Assembly (NCBI GenBank): GCA_965248445.1
Contig: CBDFJG010000004.1
Span: 1,536,001-1,600,000, forward strand
Reading direction: 5' to 3'
Source: Planctomycetota bacterium
GTDB taxonomy: Bacteria > Planctomycetota > JAJSAM01 > JAJVHW01
DNA: 64,000 nt
The notes below the pieces were generated by a model, which was given only the letters and a program-made list of their open reading frames with translations, did no database searches and was not told the DNA's origin. The position numbers were made by a program, and so were the translations under genes. This document shows positions 29,362-40,098 of the stretch, piece after piece (position 1 is the stretch's first letter; each line of letters begins with the position of its first letter).

Positions 29362-30774
29362 ATGACCGCCAGCATCCCCCGGACGATCCTCGCCGCCGCC
29401 GCCCTCTCGGCGCTGTTGACGGCCTCGTGCGGCGGCGAGGATGAGCCGGCACCGGTCGAGAGCGTGCCGGCACCGCCGCAGGACGACGCACCCGTCCCGG
29501 ACACCGGCCGGATCACCCTCGACCCGCACGCCCACCGTGTCCCGAAGACGACGGCGAACCCCGTTGCGAAGACGCAGGCGTACGTCAGCGAGAAGGTCGA
29601 TCTGCGGATACGGCTGAAGACCCACGAGGTGGAGCGCTTTGCGCCCGTGCGCGCTCGCATCGAGGTGCACAACCTCGGCAAGCGAGACGTGGTCCTCATC
29701 AGTCCCGACGAGATGATCGCCAACCGGATGCACCTGCGCGTCACGCGACAGGGGAAGACGCTGAACCTCACGACCGCCCGTGCTCCGACGGGCGCGCCTC
29801 GCGAGCACGTGCTCGCGCGCGGCCAGATGTTCGGCGCGGACGTCGATCTCGAGCCCCTGCTGCGCAACACGCTCGCGTACGAGGAAGGACGAGTTCGCTT
29901 CCGCGCCGTGTACCGCGGGGCGGCGGATCTCATGCCGGGGAGCGCTTCCGCGTGGAACCGCGCCGGCGACGAAGAGCTCGTGACGCGGGAGATCATGCTC
30001 GAGATCGTCGAGCCGAAGTGGCGGCGGAACCTGCGCACCGAGCCGCGCGTGGTCGGTGACGTGTCGAACGCGCTGCTCACGTGGCGCAAGGGCGCGCCCA
30101 ACGAGGCCGAGGTCAAGGAGCGGATCACGGCGCACGGTGCGGACGGTGTCCGCGCGCTGTTCTTCCTGGTCGGAGGAATGGGCTCTACGCGGCGCGAGAC
30201 CGTGGAGCGCGCGGCGCAGGCGTTCGCGATGCTCCGCGAGCTCGCGCCGAGCGCCGTCGGCATCGCCCGTGAGCTGGCCGACGTGGACGATCCGGCGGTC
30301 CGCATGGTGTCCGCGTTCGTGATCACCGACACGTCGGGGGCGTCCGGCCCGGCGTTCGAACTCGTGCGCTCGATCCAGCGAGGCGGAGAGGACGCCGTCT
30401 GGCTCTCGATCGAGCTCCTCCATACGCAGCGCATCCCGGCCGAGAACTACATGCTCGATGGTTCCGGCCGCTTGTCGGTGCAGCGTGCCGGGGCGGAGGG
30501 AGGTCGCGTCGCACGGCAGCTCTCTCCACACCGGCTCGGCGAGCTCAAGCTCGCGCTCCTCGTGGCGCGCCCCTGGCTCTGGCGGACGACGCGCAACCGG
30601 CGCCTGGCCGGCGAAGGGCGCGTGACGGTGCGCATGTCGTCGGGCCGGAAGACCGTGTTCGAGGTTCTTCTGCCCGAGGGCGAAGCGCTCGACGCGAATC
30701 CGGCCGCGCGCTCCTTCCTCGACACGTTCGCGAAGTTCGCCGACAGCGTCGGCACCGCGAAGCGATCCGACTGA
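29362..30774 (+). CDS. Hypothetical lipoprotein (Ig-like plus helical domains)
   Basis: LTASC lipobox; long ORF with coding-type codon usage. Confidence 0.7.
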   Translation: MTASIPRTILAAAALSALLTASCGGEDEPAPVESVPAPPQDDAPVPDTGRITLDPHAHRVPKTTANPVAKTQAYVSEKVDLRIRLKTHEVERFAPVRARIEVHNLGKRDVVLISPDEMIANRMHLRVTRQGKTLNLTTARAPTGAPREHVLARGQMFGADVDLEPLLRNTLAYEEGRVRFRAVYRGAADLMPGSASAWNRAGDEELVTREIMLEIVEPKWRRNLRTEPRVVGDVSNALLTWRKGAPNEAEVKERITAHGADGVRALFFLVGGMGSTRRETVERAAQAFAMLRELAPSAVGIARELADVDDPAVRMVSAFVITDTSGASGPAFELVRSIQRGGEDAVWLSIELLHTQRIPAENYMLDGSGRLSVQRAGAEGGRVARQLSPHRLGELKLALLVARPWLWRTTRNRRLAGEGRVTVRMSSGRKTVFEVLLPEGEALDANPAARSFLDTFAKFADSVGTAKRSD

Positions 30775-30808
30775 CGACGGCGTCCGTGCGCGTGTCCTTC
30801 GGATCGCG

Positions 30809-32308
30809 GTAACCGTTCACCCCTTCGTCGCGAGCCAGGATCCAGATCGTTCGGCCATCGGTCGATCAAGATGTTGTGGGCGAGCGGCAGGACGAGGATC
30901 TGCGGGCGATGGTCGAGGGCCTTCTGGCCTGGATCGAGGAGCTGGAGCGTCGCGAAGCGAAGCATCTGCGCCGCATCGACGAGCTCGAGTCGCGTCTGAA
31001 GCGTGACTCCCGCAACAGCTCGAGGCCTCCGTCGTCGGACCCGGCGTGGTCCAAGCGCCGTCGCGGCCGAAGGCCGCGTAGCGGTCGCCAGCAGGGCGGA
31101 CAGCCGGGCCATGAGGGCACGGCGCGCGAGCTGGTGGATCCGTCCAACGTCGATGAGACCAAGGAGCACCGTCCCGACCTCTGCGACGCGTGCGGACACG
31201 ACGATCTCGAGCAGGGCATCGGCGATCCGTACCGGCACCAGGTGACGGTGCTCCCGCGCGTGCTCGTCACGGTGCGGGAGCACCGGCTGCACAAGGCGCG
31301 GTGCCGGCGCTGTCGTGCGGTCACGACGGCGGTCCTGCCCGATGGCGTGCCGACCGGGGCCTTCGGTCCGCGGCTGACCACACTTGCCGGCGCGCTGCGC
31401 GGCGTGTACCGCGTGAGCGTGCGGGAGACGCAGCGGCTGCTCGGTGAGATCTTCGGTGTGAAGATGTCGCTGGGCAAGATCAGCGACTGTGAGCGTCGGC
31501 TCAGTGACGCTCTGCACTCGTCGTACCTCGAAGCCCTCGGGGCAGTCCGCACGTCGCTGCGAGCCAACGTGGACGAGACGTCGTGGAAGGAACGGGGCCG
31601 GGTGTGCTGGCTGTGGGCGGCGGAGAGCGAGCACGCCACAGCCTTCGGGATCGATCGCCGCCGCAGTGCCAAGGCGAAAGGGCGGCTGATCGGGCGGCGC
31701 TTCGGTGGCACGGTGATCAGCGACCGGATGGGTGCCTACGAGTCACACCCACTTGCCCGCCGCCAGCTCTGCTGGGCGCACATCGAGCGCGCCTTCCGTG
31801 CGCTGGCCGAAGGCCCGCGAGGACATCGCCGCTTCGGCAACAAGGGCGTCATGATCGCGCAGTCGGTCATGCGCAGCTACCGGCTCTTCGGTGAGCACGG
31901 CGACCGTGACCGGCTGCAAGGCGAAGCCGCTGTGCTGCGCGGACGGCTCGAGCGACTGATCGCGAACGACGACTCGGCTCTGGCCAACCATCTGCGCCCC
32001 CGCGTGGTCGCCCTCTTCACCTATGCGCGGACCCAGGACGTGAGTCCGACGAACAACGCCGCCGAGCGCGCGGTCCGCAAAGCGGTGCTCTGGCGCAAGG
32101 GCTCCTTCGGAAGCCAGTCCGCTCGCGGACTCCGCTTCGCCGAGCGCGTGTTGACCGCCGCGGCCACGCTGCGACGCCGTGGCGACCAAGTCTTCGACTT
32201 CCTCGCCGACTCGGTCGCCGCGCACCTCACCGGCGCCGACCCGCCCGTCATGGTCCCGCTGCCCGTCGCACGCTGAGGCTCACACGCTGTCAAGGGGTGA
32301 ACGGTTAC
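30809..32308 (+). mobile_element. IS66-family insertion sequence, single-ORF (ISBst12-group-like), 1500 bp
   Basis: Perfect 17-bp terminal IRs GTAACCGTTCACCCCTT (30809-30825 and 32292-32308); GTAA ends. Confidence 0.92.
30876..32276 (+). CDS. IS66 transposase
   Basis: NSSRPPSSD, GGQPGHEG, CxxC zinc motifs, VDETSW, SDR, QLCWAH and PTNNAAER motifs. Confidence 0.93.
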   Translation: MGERQDEDLRAMVEGLLAWIEELERREAKHLRRIDELESRLKRDSRNSSRPPSSDPAWSKRRRGRRPRSGRQQGGQPGHEGTARELVDPSNVDETKEHRPDLCDACGHDDLEQGIGDPYRHQVTVLPRVLVTVREHRLHKARCRRCRAVTTAVLPDGVPTGAFGPRLTTLAGALRGVYRVSVRETQRLLGEIFGVKMSLGKISDCERRLSDALHSSYLEALGAVRTSLRANVDETSWKERGRVCWLWAAESEHATAFGIDRRRSAKAKGRLIGRRFGGTVISDRMGAYESHPLARRQLCWAHIERAFRALAEGPRGHRRFGNKGVMIAQSVMRSYRLFGEHGDRDRLQGEAAVLRGRLERLIANDDSALANHLRPRVVALFTYARTQDVSPTNNAAERAVRKAVLWRKGSFGSQSARGLRFAERVLTAAATLRRRGDQVFDFLADSVAAHLTGADPPVMVPLPVAR

Positions 32309-32309
32309 C

Positions 32310-32750
32310 AAGATCGAACCTCGCGAACGACGCACGTTGCTCGTTCATAGAATGGGGTTCCCGCATCCTCTCGAAGCGCACGTGGACCGCGAGGGTGTCG
32401 GCGCGCGCCGCCGCGCGGAGTTCGAGGGTGGCATCGTGTTCGACGAGCGCATCACGCGCTGGGAGCCGGGTCGCGCGCTCGCGTTCACGATCGACATCGA
32501 CGCGGAGTCCGTTCCCACGACGACTCTCGATCAGCACATCGTCGTGGGTGGCCGCTACTTCGACACGCTGACGGGCACGTTCGCGATCGAGGAACGCGGT
32601 GACGGCGGCGTGGTCCTGCACCTGTCCAGCGAGCACCGTCTCTCGACTCACCTCAACGTCTATGCCGGTCTGTGGACGGACTTCATCATGGGCAGCATCC
32701 AGGACGAGGTGCTGCACGTCGTTCGCGCCCGTGCCGAGGCCGCACGGTAG
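32310..32750 (+). pseudogene. 5'-truncated SRPBCC-like protein
   Basis: Open frame abuts the IS66 right end; GFPHP...EGVGARR.AEF..G..FDERITRWEPG motif; no native N-terminus. Confidence 0.65.
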
Positions 32751-32761
32751 CCTCGTATCCC

Positions 32762-33559
32762 ATGCGCGACGTCGACCACGAAGGGCCGGTCGTGCGGGTA
32801 GAAGCCTGCACCGCGTCGCCGCCGTCGGTCGCGTGGCGCGCCTTCACGGATCCGGCGTGGCTCGCCGGGTGGTACGCGGACGAGGCGGCGGGGGACGTGC
32901 GGTCCGGCGGAACCGTCAGTCTGACGTGGCGTGACTTCGACTACACAGCCGTCTACGTCGTCGAGCACATTCATCCCGTCACGAGGCTGACGCTTCGTGG
33001 CGAGCGCACGGGCCTCCCCGACGACCTCCTCGATGTCGAGTTCGCGGCCGCCGGCGACGGGACGATCGTCTCGCTCACGAACTCCGGTTTCCCGAACGAC
33101 GCGGCCGGCGAGACGATGGCGGCCGGATGCTCGTCGGGCTGGCGCATGGCGATGGGCTTGCTGCGCCGCTACCTCGCGCGGTACGCCGGGGCGGAACGCG
33201 CGACGGTCACCGTGATGGGTCCGGGCGACGTCCCGCCGGCGCTGTTCCGTGACGAGGCAGGACTCTCGTCGTGGCTGACGCGCGGCGGCGAGCTCGGGCC
33301 GGAAGGTACGCATGCCACTCTGCGCTTGCAGGGCGGCGACTCGCTGACCGGAGAAGTGCTCGTCCACACCGAGCGCGAGAGCCTCGTCGCATGGGACGAG
33401 ATGGACGGTGCGCTCGAACTCAAGACGTTCGCCTGGGGCGCCGGCGGACCCCGGGCGGCGCTGCGCGCAACTCTCTGGTACCCCGATGCCCGGCGGATCC
33501 GGGACGTGCGCGGGCTGCTCGAGTCCGCGGTGGCGCGACTCAGCGCCGTGCTGGAGTGA
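32762..33559 (+). CDS. SRPBCC/AHSA1-like domain protein (tandem domains)
   Basis: AWRAFTDPAWLAGW, GTIVSLTNSGF and SGWRM motifs. Confidence 0.8.
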   Translation: MRDVDHEGPVVRVEACTASPPSVAWRAFTDPAWLAGWYADEAAGDVRSGGTVSLTWRDFDYTAVYVVEHIHPVTRLTLRGERTGLPDDLLDVEFAAAGDGTIVSLTNSGFPNDAAGETMAAGCSSGWRMAMGLLRRYLARYAGAERATVTVMGPGDVPPALFRDEAGLSSWLTRGGELGPEGTHATLRLQGGDSLTGEVLVHTERESLVAWDEMDGALELKTFAWGAGGPRAALRATLWYPDARRIRDVRGLLESAVARLSAVLE

Positions 33560-33564
33560 CCGCG

Positions 33565-34701
33565 ATGCACCCAGCCCACCACGAGATCGAGTCGGAACCG
33601 GCGCTGCGCCGACACCTCGCAGCGGGCGACGGACTCGCCGGAGTGGTGATCCAGTCGCTCGACCTGCGGGCGGTCGATGCCACGCTGGCCGCTCAGTCTC
33701 TGACGAAGACCGTCTTCTTGGGCTGCACGTTGGGGCCGCACGCGGCCGCCCGGGCCGCCGACGACGGCGCGCTCGTGTTTCCACGCATCGGCCACGTTCC
33801 GTTCGACCCGTATCGCGGCGCGCTCTACACCGCGGAAGAACTGCTCGGCGGCTACGAGATCGGGGACCACGCGAGCTACGAGCGGACGCTCGACGGACAG
33901 GTGTTCGCGCACTTCGTGGCGACCGGTGGGAGCCGTGCGGAGAGCGTTCTCGAGACGCTGGCCCGCCGACTGCACGATCACGCGGTGACGGACGCGTTGC
34001 ATGAGTTCATTCGCGGGCGCGACGTCGTTGCCGTGATGGGCGGTCACTCCACGCTGCGCGCGAGCGCGCAATACGCGACGGTTGCAGCGCTCTCACGCAC
34101 GTTGACGCGTGACGGTTTCATCATGGCCAGCGGCGGCGGACCCGGCGCCATGGAGGCGACGCATCTCGGCGCCTATCTGGCCACGCGCGATGACCGCGCG
34201 CTGGACACTGCGATGGCGATCCTCGCCGAGGCAGCTCTCTACCATCCGATCGGACCGTGGCTCGACGCGACGTTCCGAGTGCTCGACGAGATCCCACGCG
34301 AGGATGGAGGCACAACCTCGCTCGGCATCCCCACCTGGACATACGGACACGAGCCGCCGTCAGCGTTTGCGTCGCATCTGGCGAAGTACTTCGCCAACAG
34401 CATCCGCGAGGACGGTCTGCTCGCCGTCGCGCGCTCCGGGGTGATCTTCACGCCCGGCAACGCCGGCACCGTGCAGGAGATCTTCCAGGACGCGGCGCAG
34501 AACCACTACAGGACGGCCGGAGGCGTGAGCCCGATGGTGTTCCTCGGCGTGGAGTACTGGACCCGCGAACGGCCGGTGATGCCGGTGATCGACGGGCTAG
34601 CGGGCGACCGTGAGTGGGGCCGGCACGTGCACTTCGTGGACGACGCGGACGAGGCAGTGCGCGTCCTGCACGAGTTCCGGGCCGCGGATCCCGCTATCTG
34701 A
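33565..34701 (+). CDS. LOG-family (Rossmann-fold) nucleotide phosphoribohydrolase-like protein
   Basis: MGGH, SGGGPGAMEA, YFANSIREDGL and PGNAGTVQEIFQD motifs. Confidence 0.85.
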   Translation: MHPAHHEIESEPALRRHLAAGDGLAGVVIQSLDLRAVDATLAAQSLTKTVFLGCTLGPHAAARAADDGALVFPRIGHVPFDPYRGALYTAEELLGGYEIGDHASYERTLDGQVFAHFVATGGSRAESVLETLARRLHDHAVTDALHEFIRGRDVVAVMGGHSTLRASAQYATVAALSRTLTRDGFIMASGGGPGAMEATHLGAYLATRDDRALDTAMAILAEAALYHPIGPWLDATFRVLDEIPREDGGTTSLGIPTWTYGHEPPSAFASHLAKYFANSIREDGLLAVARSGVIFTPGNAGTVQEIFQDAAQNHYRTAGGVSPMVFLGVEYWTRERPVMPVIDGLAGDREWGRHVHFVDDADEAVRVLHEFRAADPAI

Positions 34702-34710
34702 TCAGGCCCC

Positions 34711-35562
34711 CTACTCAATCAAGCCTGCGGGCACGCCGTCGGGGAACACGCGGGCAATGGTCTCTTCGAGTTCCTGGATTCGCGTTGCGGAACTCGGGTG
34801 GGTAGACATGAATTCGGGCTTGCGCGAGCCCTTGGACGCGGCGGCGAGCACTTCCATCACGCCGATCATGGCGCGCGGGTCGTATCCGGCGTTCGCCAGT
34901 AGCGCGACGCCCCACTCGTCGGATTCGAGTTCGTCGGTCCGGCCGTACTTCATGTTGATCAGGCCGCCGACCATCGCGGCCACGGCGGCACTGCCGCGGC
35001 TTGCGGAACTCTGCGGATCGTAAGTCGCGATGACGGCCGCGCCGGTGAGACCGGAAGTGAGTTTTTGCTTCGCCATCCTCTGTGCACCGTGACGCTCGAT
35101 GACGTGGCCGATCTCGTGTCCGATGACGCCGGCCAGTTCGCCCGGCGTCCGCAACTGGTCGAACAGCGCACGCGTCACGAAGACCTGGCCGCCGGGGAGA
35201 GCGAACGCGTTGACGGTTTGCGCATCGGCCAGAAGGTGGAACTCGAACGGGTATGGCCCCTGCCGCGCCGGACCCGCATTGACGAGATCCCGTCCGATGC
35301 GATCCACGTACGCCTGTGCGTCGCGGTCCCGATCCAGGCCGCCGTGCTGTTGCGCCATTTGCTGTGCCGCCTGCAGGCCCACCGCGATCTCCTGCTCGGC
35401 AGACATCGCGACGCGCTGGGACTCGCCCGTGATCGGGTTCTGCTGGGCGGTGTTGAGGTAGGACACGACCGAGATCAGCCCGATCACGAGTGCGATGATC
35501 AGTCGGGTGTTGCCGCGGCCGAGCGTCCGCGGGGTCCGTTTGCGCAGTGGACTGATCGACAT
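34711..35562 (-). CDS. M48 family zinc metalloprotease
   Basis: VNAFALPGG, HEIGH, ELESD and STHP motifs. Confidence 0.92.
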   Translation of the reverse strand: MSISPLRKRTPRTLGRGNTRLIIALVIGLISVVSYLNTAQQNPITGESQRVAMSAEQEIAVGLQAAQQMAQQHGGLDRDRDAQAYVDRIGRDLVNAGPARQGPYPFEFHLLADAQTVNAFALPGGQVFVTRALFDQLRTPGELAGVIGHEIGHVIERHGAQRMAKQKLTSGLTGAAVIATYDPQSSASRGSAAVAAMVGGLINMKYGRTDELESDEWGVALLANAGYDPRAMIGVMEVLAAASKGSRKPEFMSTHPSSATRIQELEETIARVFPDGVPAGLIE

Positions 35563-35823
35563 GGAGGCCTCCTGTGGCGCGACGGGAGACCCGCGCGAGC
35601 GCCGCGCGATTATCGGGTCTCACCGTCCCGGGGCCCAGGCCCACACGAGCCCAGGTCGAGCCTGCGCGGCGGGCCGGGGAGACCCGGCTGTGTCCGGGCT
35701 TGACCCAGAGCCCACGTCTGGCCGATGAGGAGAAGCTCCCTTCCCGAGCCTGACGCAGGCTCTAGGGCGGCGGGGGCCCGCGGGCGTGCGGCCCGAGGAT
35801 GATGGCCGAGGAAGAGACGACAG

Positions 35824-36664
35824 ATGCTGCGACGCTTCCTCGGGCGAAGCCGTCTCTCGCGCACGTTCACGTTGGCCAACGTGGCGATCCTCTCCGTGCT
35901 GGCTCTCGCGATCACGCTCGTCGCCATGCAGACCCACGGCCGCGCGGGCGAGGTGCTCATGGAGCGCCAGTGGCGGCTCACCGGAGCCATGACCGCGGAC
36001 GCTCTCCAGGGCGTCGTGGCGGGCAACCCTGCCGAGACCACCGCGAGCGTCACGCGCCTGAGCAGGGAGCCGGAGATACGGAGCGTCGTCCTCTACCGCG
36101 CCGAGGAGTCGGGCGGACTCGTCCCGGCGTATGGCCAACTCGACGGTGGCACTGTTCGATGCGATGGCGGAGGAGTGCCTGCGGACTCGCCGTACCCTCT
36201 TCAGCGTCGACGAACACGAGACGCAGGGCGAGCGACTTGCGCACCTGGCGTTTCCGATGCGCTCGGGCGAGAAGCTGTGGGGAGTCGGCCGCTTGGACGT
36301 GTCCGCGGCGCACCTCGACGCGCTCAGTGGATCGCTGGCGGAACGTATCGGACTGATCTCGCTCGCATTCCTGCTGTTCGGCGTCGTCGCGGGCTCGGCC
36401 CTCGCGCGCTACATCGTTGGACCAGTGAAGCGCTTGACCGACGTCGCGATGCGCGTGTCCTCCGGCGACCTCGACGTCTCGGTCGGGTTGCACCGAGATG
36501 ACGAGGTTGGCGACCTCGGCAAATCGTTCGACGGGATGATCACGAGCCTCCGGACGGCCCGCGGAGACCTCGAGCGCGCGCGGAGCTTCGCCGAGGACGT
36601 GTACGCGTCCATGGTCGATGCTCTCGTGGTCGTCGAACCGGCTGCGGGCGACCGCAACTGGAAC
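35824..36664 (+). pseudogene. 5' part of hybrid sensor histidine kinase (TM-periplasmic-TM-HAMP-PAS start), frameshift at ~36146, cut by IS1595
   Basis: TM1 in ORF 35824; TM2 plus HAMP (DEVGDLGKSFDGM) in ORF 36131; frame rejoins the 3' part across the TSD. Confidence 0.8.
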
Positions 36665-37710
36665 CATGGGTATCGGGTTGACGACCGTAGCCACTAGATG
36701 TAGTGTCTGTGCCCTGTGGCGCGCCCCGGCTACCCTGGCAGCATCCTGGAATTCACGCGCCAGTTCGCCACCGAGCAGCAGTGCTTGGACTACGTCGTGC
36801 GCTGCCGTTGGCCCGATGGGTTTCGCTGCCGACGTTGCGGCGGCGCGAAGTCGTGGCCGCGCCCCGACCGCAAGGGACTGCGCTGCGCGGCGTGTGATCT
36901 GATCACGTCGGTCACCGCCGGGACGGTCATGCACCACAGCCGGCTGCCGCTGCGCACGTGGTTGTGGGCCGCGTACATGGTGTCTACCGACAAGCGCGGC
37001 GTCTCAGCACTCGCGCTCCAGCGCCAGTTGGGGTTTGGCTGCTACGAGACAGCCTATCAGCTGCTGCAGAAACTGCGGACCGCGATGGTCGCTCCCGAGA
37101 GGCGCCCGCTCCACGGCGTCGTGGAGGTCGATGAGACATTGATCGGCGCGCCGTACCGCGGCCGCCCCGAACGCACGCCTTTGGACAAGGCCGTAGTCGT
37201 GGGAGCAGTCGAGGTGCGCCCGACGAAGAAGGGCGGTCTGCAGCCCGGCCGTGCGCGACTGCGGCACGTGGCCCGCGCGAAGAAAGAGAAACTGATCGGC
37301 TTCGTGAAGGATGTCGTCGAGCCGTCGTCGCTGGTGGTCACCGACGGCCACGAGACGTACGCAGTGCTCGAGGAAGCGGGCTATGAACACGGTGTGGAAT
37401 CAACATCGATCGGCGATGCGCAGGCCGACGTCCTGGGGCACCTCCACATGGTCTTCGCCAACCTGAAGACGTGGCTGTCGGGGACCCACCACGGTGGCGT
37501 ATCGAAGAAGCACCTGCAGCGCTACCTCGACGAGTTCGTCTTCCGCTTCAACCGTCGCAAGACGCCGCAGGCCGCGTTCCAGACCCTGCTCGGGATCGCC
37601 GCGAAGGCGCCTCCGCACGGCTACGGCGACGTCTACGCCGGAGAGCGCGTGCGAGGCCGGACGCCACACCACAAGATGTAGGGGGTACGGTCGTTATCCC
37701 GATACCCATG
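36665..37710 (+). mobile_element. IS1595-family insertion sequence, 1046 bp
   Basis: Imperfect ~41-bp IRs starting CATGGGTATCGGG; 8-bp TSD ACTGGAAC at 36657-36664 and 37711-37718. Confidence 0.93.
36716..37681 (+). CDS. IS1595 (ISXO2-like) transposase
   Basis: RWPDGFRCRRC...CAAC Zn ribbon; VEVDET, VVTDG and YLDEFVFRFNRR motifs. Confidence 0.93.
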   Translation: MARPGYPGSILEFTRQFATEQQCLDYVVRCRWPDGFRCRRCGGAKSWPRPDRKGLRCAACDLITSVTAGTVMHHSRLPLRTWLWAAYMVSTDKRGVSALALQRQLGFGCYETAYQLLQKLRTAMVAPERRPLHGVVEVDETLIGAPYRGRPERTPLDKAVVVGAVEVRPTKKGGLQPGRARLRHVARAKKEKLIGFVKDVVEPSSLVVTDGHETYAVLEEAGYEHGVESTSIGDAQADVLGHLHMVFANLKTWLSGTHHGGVSKKHLQRYLDEFVFRFNRRKTPQAAFQTLLGIAAKAPPHGYGDVYAGERVRGRTPHHKM

Positions 37711-40073
37711 ACTGGAACGGCCCCCTGCGCATCCGGTCCGTGAACCGCGCCGCGTGCGAGCTCGTCGGCGTCGGAGAGGCCGACCTCGTCGGCATGGACC
37801 TCGAGTGCATCATCGGCCGCACCGACTTCCGCGAGCGCATTGCGGCGGCGGTGCGGAGCGGCACACCCATCAACGACCTCAAGACGGCCGCTCTCGGAAG
37901 CGACGGCACGACAACGCCGGTGAGCGTCACGGCGACCCAGCTGACGGGTCGCAACGTCGAGGACGTCGAGTGCGAGATCCACCTCGAGACGACGTGCGAC
38001 TGTGTCGCGCCGCCCGCCGCGATGGTGCTCGTGGCTCGAGATCTCACGGCAATCCGTCGCGCCGAGCGCACCCGCCGTGCGAGCTACGAAGTCGTCTCAG
38101 CGAGCCAGCACGCGCCGACGCTCGACTCCCTCTACGAGTCCGTGCACGGCGTTCTTGTCTCGATGATGACGATCGACCACTTCGCGATCGCGCTTCGCGA
38201 CCGCCACGACGGCCGACTTCTCGCCGCCTACAGCGACGATCCGCACGGCGAGGAGAACGAGGTCACCAGCGGGCTGGTCCCGCGCGCGATGACGCAGAAC
38301 GGGCCGACCCACCTCAGGCGGGGACAGATCGAGGAGCTGGTTGCCGACGGGGTTGTCGAGATGGATGGCGAGATCCCGGAGGAGTGGCTCGGCATCCCGC
38401 TCCGGGCGAATGACGAGACGATCGGCGTTCTGACTCTGGCGAGCGGGACGCCGGGCAGCGGATTCTCCGACGACGACGTCAAGCTGGCCGCGTTCATCTG
38501 CGATCAGGTTGCGCGCGCGATCGAGGGCCGTCGCGAGGCCGAGGAGCGCGCGCGTCTCTCGTCCGCCGTGGAGCACGCCGCGGACGCGATCGTCCTGACC
38601 GACGCAACGCGCGCGGTCGAGTACATGAACGTAGCGTTCCAGCGTCTGTCCGGCTGGAGCGAGGACGACGTCCGTGGAAAGGACCTCCTCGCGCTCGGCG
38701 CGACCAAGGAGGACGTGGCGGCCCGCCAGCAGATCTGGATGGTCGTCGAGCGCGAGGGCGCGTGGAGCGGGCGCATGCAGTCGCGCCGCAAGGACGGGTC
38801 GCTCTATGAGGCCGACGTCTCGATCTCCTGTGTTCGCGACGAGGACGGTCACGTCATCCACTACGTCTCCGTCGAGCACGACGTCACGAATGAGGTCGCG
38901 CTCGAAGCGCAGCTGCGCCAGGCACAGAAGATGGAGGCTGTCGGCAAGCTGGCCGGCGGTGTGGCGCACGACTTCAACAACCTCCTCTCCGTCATCAACG
39001 GCTACGCTTCGATCCTGCTGGGCTCCGCCGAACCGGACTCCCCGGAGCGCGACCACACGGAGGAGATCCTACGTGCCGGCGAACGCGCCGCGGGCTTGAC
39101 GCGCCAGCTACTGGCGTTCAGCCGCCGCCAGGTGCTGAAGCCGCGCATCCTCGAGCTCAATGCCGTGGTGCGTGACATGGAGAAGATGCTGCGCCGCCTG
39201 ATCGGCGAGGACGTCGACCTGCACACGGTGATGGACGAGTCCGTGGGCACGGTGGAGGCGGACCCGGGCCAGCTGGAACAGGTCGTCATGAACCTCGCGG
39301 TGAACGCGCGCGACGCCATGCTGCGTGGCGGGCGGCTCACCATCGAGACCGGCCAGCGCTACCTCGGCGAAGAGTACTGCGCGCACCACGCGGAACTCGA
39401 GCCCGGGCACTACGCGTTGCTCGCGATCACGGACTCCGGTCACGGCATGAGCGCATTGACGGCCGCTCGGATCTTCGAGCCGTTCTTCACGACGAAGGAG
39501 ACGGGCAAGGGCACGGGCCTCGGCCTCTCGACGGTCTACGGAATCGTCAAGCAGTCCGGCGGACACGTCTCGGTGTACAGCGAGGTGGGCCGCGGTACGT
39601 GCTTCCGGATCTACCTGCCGCGCGTCGGAGCCGTCGATGAAGAGCTCGCCGACGACACGGCGGACGAGCCTGCGGCGATGGGGCAGGAGACCGTGCTGGT
39701 CGCCGAGGACGAGGACGGCGTCCGCAAGCTCGCGGCTCTGCTGTTGAAGCGCCAGGGGTACAACGTGCTGCAGGCAGAGGACGGCGAGTCTGCGCTCCGA
39801 GTCGCCGCGCAGCACGACGGTCCGATCCACCTTCTGCTCACCGATGTGGTGATGCCGCGCATGAGCGGCCGCGAGTTGTGGGACGTACTCAGCACGGAAC
39901 GCGAGGAGACTCGCGTGCTCTACATGTCCGGCTACACCGATACGGCGATCGTGCACCACGGCGTCCTGGAACCGGGCACGCCGTTCATCGAGAAGCCGTT
40001 CGTGCCGGACGAGTTGCTGAGCGTGATCCGCGGCGTACTCGACGGCGAGCCCGCGACGCTCGGCACCGCCTGA
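37711..40073 (+). pseudogene. 3' part of hybrid histidine kinase (PAS-GAF-PAS-HisKA-HATPase-REC, CckA-like)
   Basis: [42 protein letters not shown] and EKPF motifs. Confidence 0.88.
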
Positions 40074-40098
40074 TCGGCGCACCCGCTATCCTCGTTCC

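Noticed and set aside
30809..37710. Composite transposon bounded by the two IS elements
   Set aside because: The elements belong to different families, and the IS1595 has its own TSD, showing an independent insertion.
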